Part shown: one piece after another, positions 1-6,410 of the stretch
Numbering within the stretch: position 1 is the first letter of the stretch
How the letters are laid out: every line of letters starts with the position of its first letter
Origin: an uncultured archaeon
Lineage (GTDB): Archaea > Asgardarchaeota > Heimdallarchaeia > Heimdallarchaeales > Heimdallarchaeaceae
Direction: 5' to 3'
NCBI GenBank assembly: GCA_964549075.1
Contig: CAZJUB010000092.1
Span: 1 to 10,344, forward strand
Length of the DNA stretch: 10,344 bases
The notes under the pieces: generated by a model
The model's input: only the letters and a program-made list of their open reading frames with translations
What the model was told of the DNA's origin: nothing
Databases searched by the model: none
Position numbers and translations under genes: made by a program

Positions 1-25
1 TACGGTTTCGACTTCCATAAATCAT
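1..25 (-). CDS. Possible 5' start of a gene running off the left edge (product unknown)
   Basis: Minus strand reads GAGG-ATAAA-ATG ATT TAT GGA AGT CGA AAC CGT (ATG at 25, open to the edge). An alternative ATG at 18 gives MEVETV. A ~240 bp intergenic region divergent from the DUF1028 gene fits a promoter region. Only 6-8 codons are visible. Confidence 0.25.
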
Positions 26-222
26 TTTATCCTCAGACAGATATATTCTTTTTTACTAAAAGATTTCTTTTTATTTGAATTCATCTAGATAACTATCTGT
101 ACTTTTATATTTCTAGTTCTTAAGCTGTTAGAACGTTCTAGATTGCAATTTACTTCCGACAAAAAGCGAATTAAAAACGTATTACTTTCGTAAGATTTTC
201 TTCTAGATAAAACTTGGTTTTA

Positions 223-237
223 GATAAAGTTTATTAT
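223..237 (+). promoter_or_regulatory. Putative BRE/TATA promoter of the DUF1028 gene
   Basis: Purine-rich GATAAAG is followed by TTTATTAT (230-237), about 29-36 nt upstream of ATG 266, as expected for a leaderless or short-leader archaeal transcript. The AT-rich background lowers specificity. Confidence 0.4.
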
Positions 238-265
238 TAGCATTTCTTATCTTGGATTGGTAATA

Positions 266-1132
266 ATGACGTTTTCAATAGTTGCGTATGATCCAGAAAA
301 GAAAGAGTGGGGAGTTGCAGTGCAATCTAAATTCGTAGCAGTTGGTAGTATAGTCCCTTGGGGTAAAGCTAATGTTGGTGTTATAGCTACTCAAGCTTGG
401 GTGAATACTAGTTATGGTCCAAAAGGACTAGCTCTTTTAGAACAAGGATTAACTGCTGAAGAAGTTTTGAAATTGCTTACAAGTCAAGATGAAAAAAGAG
501 AACATCGTCAAATAGGTATAGTAGACTCATATGGTAATGCAGCATCTTTTACTGGTTCAAAGTGCTTTGATTGGGCAGGGCACATAATTGGTGAGAATTA
601 TGCATGTCAAGGGAATATCTTAGTGTCACAAACAACTGTTCTTGCAATGTCTCAAGCTTTTAGAGAAACTGAAGGTGATTTAGTAGATAAATTAATTGCG
701 GTTTTAGAAGCTGGCCAAGAAGCTGGTGGGGATAGTAGAGGAAAACAATCTGCTGCTGTGATGGTGTTCAAAGAAGAAGGGGCTTACGATGGTGGAACAG
801 ACAAGCTTGTTGATGTTAGAGTTGATGACCACGAACATCCCATTAAGGAACTTCGAAGGGTGTTTGAGCTTTATGATTTGTCTCTTCTAAAACGAGATAA
901 ACCAGAGGATAAAGTAAAATTAGCTGGAGATGTTCTGAAAACTGTTAAAGAAGTATTAAAGAAAGACGGTTTCTATGAAGGAGAAATTAACACCAAACTA
1001 GATGATATGACTAAAAAAGCATTGAAGGATTGGATGCTCACTAATAACTTTGAAGTAAAGGAAAGAGAAGACGACTTCATGTGGGGTGCTGTTTATCGGT
1101 TCATTGATAAAAAGAAAAACGAACGTAAGTAA
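266..1132 (+). CDS. DUF1028 family Ntn-hydrolase-fold protein with C-terminal putative peptidoglycan-binding-like helical domain
   Basis: Begins MTFSIVAYD..GVAVQSKF.AVG..VPW and contains ATQA..N..YG..GL, RQIGIVD..G.AASFTG, QGNIL, GGDSRGKQSAA and DVRVDDH..PI.EL.R, all typical of DUF1028. The C-terminus (LKKDGFYEGEIN..LDD.TKKALKDW...NNFE) resembles the PG-binding-like module often fused to this family. Start moved from TTG 257 to ATG 266, which puts Thr at position 2. Confidence 0.9.
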   Translation: MTFSIVAYDPEKKEWGVAVQSKFVAVGSIVPWGKANVGVIATQAWVNTSYGPKGLALLEQGLTAEEVLKLLTSQDEKREHRQIGIVDSYGNAASFTGSKCFDWAGHIIGENYACQGNILVSQTTVLAMSQAFRETEGDLVDKLIAVLEAGQEAGGDSRGKQSAAVMVFKEEGAYDGGTDKLVDVRVDDHEHPIKELRRVFELYDLSLLKRDKPEDKVKLAGDVLKTVKEVLKKDGFYEGEINTKLDDMTKKALKDWMLTNNFEVKEREDDFMWGAVYRFIDKKKNERK

Positions 1133-1208
1133 TTTCTATTCAGCTGTTGTTTAAGTTCATCCTTATAATATAAAGAGACCAAATTAGAATACTTAATCTG
1201 TTACTTGA

Positions 1209-1240
1209 TGGAAAAATAAAGGAAGAATGAGAAAGGAATT
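1209..1240 (-). terminator. Pyrimidine/T-rich tract after the 1242..2894 gene (archaeal-type intrinsic terminator)
   Basis: Minus strand just after the TAA reads GAATTCCTTTCTCATTCTTCCTTTATTTTTCC, within a convergent intergenic region. Confidence 0.4.
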
Positions 1241-1241
1241 C

Positions 1242-2894
1242 TTAATTTCTCTTTCTTCTAAATTGAATTGAAACTAATGTTGCTACTAGAAATGCTCCTA
1301 GAATACCGATAATTGGATAAAGAGATTCTTCAGTTCCAGAAGGTGTTGTAGAACTAGTTGGAGTTGGAGTGGGTTCAACATAAGGTTCATAGTCGTCATT
1401 AGATTCTATATCGATTCCTAACAGAAATTCAATAGTATTGTAAATCAAATACACATTATCCTTATCTGTCAAAGCATAGTCATAATTAGACCAACAGGTT
1501 GACCCAAATACAGCTAGTGATGATGAGCCATTAACATCCACACCTGCAATTGGAATAATATCTCCTCCAGTATTATCATTTACCATATCATAGACTACTG
1601 TTGGTGCAGGTGCAGCTTCATCTTTTTGGTAGAAGTAGGTTTCACCATACATTATCCAATTGACATTATCTGAACCTGTTTCTGAGTAGAGTGAACTAGG
1701 TGAGAAATATTGTATTCTTCTGGTTAGATTTTCAGTAATATAAGCAACTTCTGGATCTAGATTATAATTCCCAGTGAAACAATACCAATCTTGGTAATAT
1801 TCAGGATCAGCTGAAGTAGTATAAAGATTATCGTCATTCATTCTAATGTCAGCACCGAGTGATGTCAAAAGTGCATTCATGGTCTCAAAGTTTACATCAT
1901 ACGTAAAATCTCCTCTGCTACTTAATAACATGTGTCCTCCAGCTTCATACCAGTTAGTTAGTGCTGTTATCTCAGCTGCAGTGAAGTCTGTTGTTGTTAC
2001 TGGTGCTGTTATTACTACTAAATCCACGCCTGCTAAAACAGTTGTGTTAAATTCCTCGTAGTTATATACTACTTCTAAAACGTCTCTATCAAGTGTATCA
2101 TAGAATGATGACAAAAGGTCGTCTGCAGCATAATCGTTTTCATGAGCTTTATCAATGAGTACTTTTGCAATATCAGGAGTTTCTGTGATTGTAGGAACGG
2201 TAACAATTGATAAAGTATAATTCCATACAGCATATACTGCACCTACTGCCCTTCCTAATTGTTCTTCTGTAATAGCTTTTATGGTCGCATTTGAACTTAT
2301 AATTCCTGTAGTATCTCCAGTTGGGTAAGCGTCTCTGATAGTCCAATAATAACTATATGCGTGAGTAGCACAGTCTATAATGAATTCTGTAGTATTTGTG
2401 ATCTCTCCAAAATCATAAGCTGTGATATTAAGTTCATCAAGACTATAATTTATGTCAGTTTCATATGCACTATGACCTGACCAAGTGTCATATGTGTGAA
2501 CAGGAATATTAATATCAGCTGTATAATGTGAAATTATTCCTAGAAAGAAGAAAACATTACCCCATTCTTCATTTTGAGCAAAATCTCTGATTTCGCCTAC
2601 CATCTCTGTTACCTTCCAAGGAGCATTGTGCTCTCCACTTACTGGATAGTAAAGATGATTATCCCAATCTTGAAGAACTTGATCTGGATAAGTGCTTCCA
2701 CCGATAACTTCTGGAGAATAATAATCAAATACAGTTGCCCAGTCACCTTCTACTAGTGTCATAGCTTCAGTATCAATAGTTTGGTGTGTCAAAAGCCCCC
2801 AAGCACGAACAGTTTGATTATTTCTGTTGTTCAAAATAAAAGGGCTGAGGAATAAAAATAACATAATATATAAAGAAATACTCTTGTTTTTCAT
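1242..2894 (-). CDS. Secreted, C-terminally membrane-anchored Zn-dependent phospholipase C / S1-P1 nuclease superfamily hydrolase fused to a GIFT (GldG/IFT52)/DUF4350-like domain
   Basis: Signal peptide ending VRA|WG. Candidate tri-zinc ligands (ORF-track numbering): W35, H40, D74 (GSTYPD), H83, H126/D130/H136 (HYTADINIPVH) and H144/E148 (HSAYE). Second domain: KVLIDKAHEND...DLVVITAP...FTAAEITALTNWYEAGGHMLL..MNALL..LG..IRMNDD. It ends in a PTPTPT linker, a TM helix and RRKRN. The likely start is ATG 2894 rather than TTG 2903. Confidence 0.8.
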   Translation of the reverse strand: MKNKSISLYIMLFLFLSPFILNNRNNQTVRAWGLLTHQTIDTEAMTLVEGDWATVFDYYSPEVIGGSTYPDQVLQDWDNHLYYPVSGEHNAPWKVTEMVGEIRDFAQNEEWGNVFFFLGIISHYTADINIPVHTYDTWSGHSAYETDINYSLDELNITAYDFGEITNTTEFIIDCATHAYSYYWTIRDAYPTGDTTGIISSNATIKAITEEQLGRAVGAVYAVWNYTLSIVTVPTITETPDIAKVLIDKAHENDYAADDLLSSFYDTLDRDVLEVVYNYEEFNTTVLAGVDLVVITAPVTTTDFTAAEITALTNWYEAGGHMLLSSRGDFTYDVNFETMNALLTSLGADIRMNDDNLYTTSADPEYYQDWYCFTGNYNLDPEVAYITENLTRRIQYFSPSSLYSETGSDNVNWIMYGETYFYQKDEAAPAPTVVYDMVNDNTGGDIIPIAGVDVNGSSSLAVFGSTCWSNYDYALTDKDNVYLIYNTIEFLLGIDIESNDDYEPYVEPTPTPTSSTTPSGTEESLYPIIGILGAFLVATLVSIQFRRKRN

Positions 2895-2997
2895 ATTATT
2901 CAATTAACAAAATATTCATTTATTTTTAAATATTCTCGAGTAACCTAGATTCTTACAGAATCAAAATAATTTTAATTTTAATATCTAATGTAGCTTC

Positions 2998-3441
2998 ATG
3001 AGAATACCTATACAAGTTTTAGTTTATCCGGTAATGCTATCTGAAGCTGGTTGGAAATATTTAATGTTAAAAAGAACAGAAGAAAGGGGAGGTTTTTGGC
3101 AAGGAGTTACTGGACATCCAGAAGGAAAGGAAAGTATAGAGCAAGCTGCTGCAAGAGAGTTACTCGAAGAAACAGGTTTTATACCTAATTTCTTGATAAA
3201 AACTGATTTCTCTTACAAGATTAAAATTGAAGAATCAGCAAAGGATATTTTTCCTGAAGGAACTACTGAATTAGATGAATATGTTTTTGTTGCTAGAATA
3301 GATCAGAAAGATCTACCAAGTATTGATTCATATGAACATACAGAATGGAAGTGGTGTTCTTACGAAGAAGCGCAGAAATTGTTATTTTGGGAAGAAAATA
3401 AACAAGCTTTAGAATATGTAAGAAAATTTCTTGAAGAATGA
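2998..3441 (+). CDS. Nudix hydrolase, NudB/dATP pyrophosphohydrolase-like
   Basis: Nudix box G-HPEGK-E-SIEQAAA-RELLEETG preceded by FWQGVTG, with EH..WKW...EEA..LL.W..NK.AL at the C-terminus. These features resemble the NudB subfamily. The substrate cannot be determined from sequence. Confidence 0.88.
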   Translation: MRIPIQVLVYPVMLSEAGWKYLMLKRTEERGGFWQGVTGHPEGKESIEQAAARELLEETGFIPNFLIKTDFSYKIKIEESAKDIFPEGTTELDEYVFVARIDQKDLPSIDSYEHTEWKWCSYEEAQKLLFWEENKQALEYVRKFLEE

Positions 3442-3447
3442 ATATTT

Positions 3448-3918
3448 CTATTCTTCTTGTTGTTTAAACGAACCTATTATCTGAGTCGCTCTATGTGCAG
3501 TAAAAATCATCGCTAGAAACATTACTGCAAGTGAAAAATATACAGCAACTGTCTCAGATAAAAGAAAGAAAAAAAGTAAAGTGATGACTAAACTCATAGC
3601 TACGAAGCCAGAAGCAAGTCCCAATGAAGGGATTAACCAACCTCTGAAGACATAAATCTCAGTTAGAATACCTATCTTCAAACTGCGAAGATTTTCATAC
3701 TCTTCTGCAAGGAAATATTTGTTATTCTCTGTTCGTCCTAGTAATCCCAATTGTTCCAATCTTTGCAAATGGTACTGGGCATGACTTGCAGTTTTTAATC
3801 CCAAATCTCTATGTGTTTCTCTAACACCGATATCTTTCCCTTTCTTAAGAGAATAGACAAATACTCTCAATGCAGTTCCAGTTAAAGCAGAGATTATGTC
3901 TTCAGTTTGTTCAGTCAT
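3448..3918 (-). CDS. Membrane-tethered winged-helix (ArsR-like) transcription regulator with two C-terminal TM helices
   Basis: LTGTALRVFVY...IGVRETHRDLGLKTASHAQYHLQRLEQLGLL...NKY is a wHTH. Hydrophobic segments LIPSLGLASGFVAMSLVITLLFFFL and TVAVYFSLAVMFLAMIFTA are joined by a very short loop. Start is ATG 3918 or the preceding GTG 3921. Confidence 0.8.
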   Translation of the reverse strand: MTEQTEDIISALTGTALRVFVYSLKKGKDIGVRETHRDLGLKTASHAQYHLQRLEQLGLLGRTENNKYFLAEEYENLRSLKIGILTEIYVFRGWLIPSLGLASGFVAMSLVITLLFFFLLSETVAVYFSLAVMFLAMIFTAHRATQIIGSFKQQEE

Positions 3919-3930
3919 CACTTAAACCTT

Positions 3931-4641
3931 CTATGTGTGGGGTTCGAATAAGGCAGCCATAGCTGCAACATAGTCATCAAAAGCACTTTCTGGAGAGAGA
4001 ACAGCAGATCCATACATGCTCATATTATCAACCATGTAATAATCTCCTACTAAAGTCCAAGTTGTCTGTTGACATAAGATAAGGGATTCCATATTTACGT
4101 AAAGTAAGATAACTGTACCATTTTCTAAGAACAGTTCAGTAACCCATTTCATGTTTGGAAGTTCTCCTAATCCTTCATATGGGGCTTCTCCCCAAGTTCC
4201 AAGTCGTTCAGTGGCATTGATAGAATCAAACATAGCTTGAGCAACACCTTCTACTTGCTCTTTAGTTATAACAAAGTTTATGTCTTCAACAGGATCGACA
4301 AGTAAAGCTGATGTATTCCAATAATAATCTTCTGAAGTTCCGATGCGTTCAAAGGAAGACCAAATCATACGATCATCAATGAAACCTGTAGCATTACCAC
4401 CTATCTCCATATATAATACATTAGGAATAGAGCCTAAAATTGAGGATGCAAGACGGCTAGAGTAAGGTTCTGAAGGTCCTCCGTTATCTGGACCAGTTCC
4501 ATTAGGTAGTGTAAAATACACACTTACTCCTACAACAGATCCTAAAACTATTGCTGTTCCAAGACCTATTTCGAACCACTTCATGAAACTTCCTTTTAGT
4601 CCTTTTGAAATAGCTTTTCCAAGTAATTTTTCTTCACTCAT
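3931..4641 (-). CDS. Hypothetical single-pass (type II) membrane protein with an acidic extracellular domain
   Basis: Lys-rich N-terminus, TM helix IGLGTAIVLGSVVGVSVYFTL, Pro/Gly linker and several N-X-S/T sequons (NGT, NAT, NTS, NAT, NGT, NMS). GGTGA RBS lies 6 nt upstream of the ATG, and the gap to the downstream wHTH gene is only 9-12 bp. Confidence 0.75.
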   Translation of the reverse strand: MSEEKLLGKAISKGLKGSFMKWFEIGLGTAIVLGSVVGVSVYFTLPNGTGPDNGGPSEPYSSRLASSILGSIPNVLYMEIGGNATGFIDDRMIWSSFERIGTSEDYYWNTSALLVDPVEDINFVITKEQVEGVAQAMFDSINATERLGTWGEAPYEGLGELPNMKWVTELFLENGTVILLYVNMESLILCQQTTWTLVGDYYMVDNMSMYGSAVLSPESAFDDYVAAMAALFEPHT

Positions 4642-4647
4642 TTTATT

Positions 4648-4652
4648 TCACC
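4648..4652 (-). promoter_or_regulatory. Archaeal-type Shine-Dalgarno GGTGA
   Basis: Minus strand reads TTC-GGTGA-AATAAA-ATG (ATG at 4641). Confidence 0.65.
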
Positions 4653-4692
4653 GAAGTTTCTTTAACTTCAGAAAGTATTAGTTCAAAGACAC

Positions 4693-4702
4693 TTTTAATA
4701 AA
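4693..4702 (-). promoter_or_regulatory. Putative TATA box for the 4641->3448 two-gene unit
   Basis: Minus strand TTTATTAAAA, 52-61 nt upstream of the ATG, leaving room for a short RBS-containing leader. Confidence 0.4.
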
Positions 4703-4742
4703 ATGTTTTGTACGCACATTAAAAAATGTTGTACAAACATTT
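4702..4742. promoter_or_regulatory. Two tandem imperfect palindromes, candidate transcription-factor operators
   Basis: AATGT-TTTGTACGC-ACATT (4702-4720) and AAATGT-TGTACAA-ACATTT (4724-4742) share AATGT...GTAC...ACATT. An extra half-site AACATTT lies at 4744-4750. Confidence 0.55.
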
Positions 4743-4835
4743 GAACATTTCTCTTTAAAATTCATTTTAGTAGGATTAGTCGTATGAAAACTGTTTTTAA
4801 TTGGTTTTTTCTCGTTTCATCGAGTGTGATTATTC

Positions 4836-6317
4836 ATGAAAGTTATTTTTCAGAAAACTAATCTTAATGATTTTGAGACACCTTTAGTGTTTATTGGTGT
4901 TTTAGAAGAAGCTAAAGAAGATCCACATTTTACTGAATTAACTACTGCTGCTCAAAAAATAATTGAGCATGGTGATTTTAAAGGTAAACAAGGTGATCTT
5001 TCTCTAGTTTATACTAATGGTGCTATTAAAGCGGAAAGAATTCTTTTAGTAGGTTTAGGAAAGAAAGAAAAGTTGACAGCAGAGTCAATTAGACAGGTAG
5101 TAGGAACAGCTTCTAGAAAAGCACGAGATTTAGATGTAAAGGAAATTTCTATCTTTCTTGATTCGTTCTCGAGAGGAGTAGTAGAAATTACTGAAACTAC
5201 AGAAGCTTTAGTTCAAGGAATGATAATGGGAAGTTTCCAAAATATTGCTTATAGAACTAAGAATCTGGAGAAATACAAGACAATTGAGGAATTAACAATT
5301 ATTAGTTCGGATGCTGATGAAATTGTTATGAAACAAGGAATAGAGAGCGGGAAAATCATTGCGGATGCTGTTAATTTTTGTAGAGAACTTGCTTGGGGTC
5401 CTGCTAACTACATAACACCAACAAAACTTGCAAATGAAGCACTTCGTTTTGAAAAAGAATTAGGGATTAAAACTACAGTATTTGATAGAGAGAAAGCTGA
5501 GGAAATTGGTTTGACCAGTTTTCTAGCTGTTGCTCGTGGTACAAAAGAACCTCCCAAATTCATTATTATGGAATATGGTGCTGAGAAAGAAAGAGCTGAT
5601 ACTGTTGCTTTAATTGGTAAGGCAATAACCTTTGATAGTGGCGGAATAAGTATCAAATCTGGTCAAGGTATGGAATTGATGAAAGCTGATATGACTGGTG
5701 GAGCTGTTGTTCTTGCAGTTATGGAGGCAGTAGCAAAACTGAATCTCGACTTACATGTTGTTGGAATAGTCCCAGCAACTGATAATATGCCGTCTGGAAC
5801 TGCCTATCATCCTGGAGATATTATTACAAGTTATAGTGGAATTACAATCGAGGTTATTAGTACAGATGCAGAAGGTAGGATGGTACTAAATGACGCTTTA
5901 ACTTATGCAGCAAAGAACTATAAACCTAAAGCTATGTTTGATTTTGCTACACTGACAGGAGCAATGATGATTGCTTTAGGTGAACATGCTATTGGCTATT
6001 TTTCAAACCATGATTTCGTAGTTGATAAATTAGAAGAAGCTTCCAAAACTAGTGGAGAAAGAATCTGGCGTATGCCTCTTTGGGATGTTTATGATGAACA
6101 GCTTAAAAGTGATATAGCAGATTTCAAACACACAGGAGGACGACCAGGCGGTGCAATAACTGCTGCACGTTTCTTAAGTCAATTTACTTTGGATGTTCCA
6201 TGGGCACACTTAGATATTGCTGGTGCAATGGAACAAAGTAGCGATAAAAACTACAACCCAAAAGGAAGTAGAGGACCAGGTGTCAGAATTATCTTGGATT
6301 TATTGAGAAATTGGTAG
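4836..6317 (+). CDS. pepA: Leucyl aminopeptidase (peptidase family M17)
   Basis: Motifs GKAITFDSGGISIK, MKADMTGGA, STDAEGRMVLND (variant of NTDAEGRL), DFATLTGA..IALG, GE.IWRMPL, G.AITAA.FL..F and WAHLDIAG. N-terminal M17 domain with RILLVGLG; 493 aa. Confidence 0.96.
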   Translation: MKVIFQKTNLNDFETPLVFIGVLEEAKEDPHFTELTTAAQKIIEHGDFKGKQGDLSLVYTNGAIKAERILLVGLGKKEKLTAESIRQVVGTASRKARDLDVKEISIFLDSFSRGVVEITETTEALVQGMIMGSFQNIAYRTKNLEKYKTIEELTIISSDADEIVMKQGIESGKIIADAVNFCRELAWGPANYITPTKLANEALRFEKELGIKTTVFDREKAEEIGLTSFLAVARGTKEPPKFIIMEYGAEKERADTVALIGKAITFDSGGISIKSGQGMELMKADMTGGAVVLAVMEAVAKLNLDLHVVGIVPATDNMPSGTAYHPGDIITSYSGITIEVISTDAEGRMVLNDALTYAAKNYKPKAMFDFATLTGAMMIALGEHAIGYFSNHDFVVDKLEEASKTSGERIWRMPLWDVYDEQLKSDIADFKHTGGRPGGAITAARFLSQFTLDVPWAHLDIAGAMEQSSDKNYNPKGSRGPGVRIILDLLRNW

Positions 6318-6331
6318 GAAATTAAGATACC

Positions 6332-6342
6332 TACTTTTTTCC
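6332..6342 (+). terminator. T-tract terminator after pepA
   Basis: TACTTTTTTCC about 15 nt after the TAG. The opposite strand has T-rich tracts (plus-strand A-runs at 6371-6385) downstream of the convergent beta-helix gene. Confidence 0.4.
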
Positions 6343-6410
6343 TCCAAAGAAGTAATTCTTAACTTTGTGCAAAATAAAAGAAAAATATGTGCGTTTTTTG
6401 ATGAAAAATT

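Noticed and set aside
1356-1374. Short AGTTGG tandem repeat
   Set aside because: Simply encodes the PTPTPT linker; not an independent repeat element.
1846-2756. ORF-track entries 1846..2061 (+) and 2574..2756 (+)
   Set aside because: Short antisense shadows inside the well-supported 1242..2894 gene, with no recognisable motifs.
5408-5656. 82-aa minus-strand ORF
   Set aside because: Antisense to the conserved catalytic domain of pepA.
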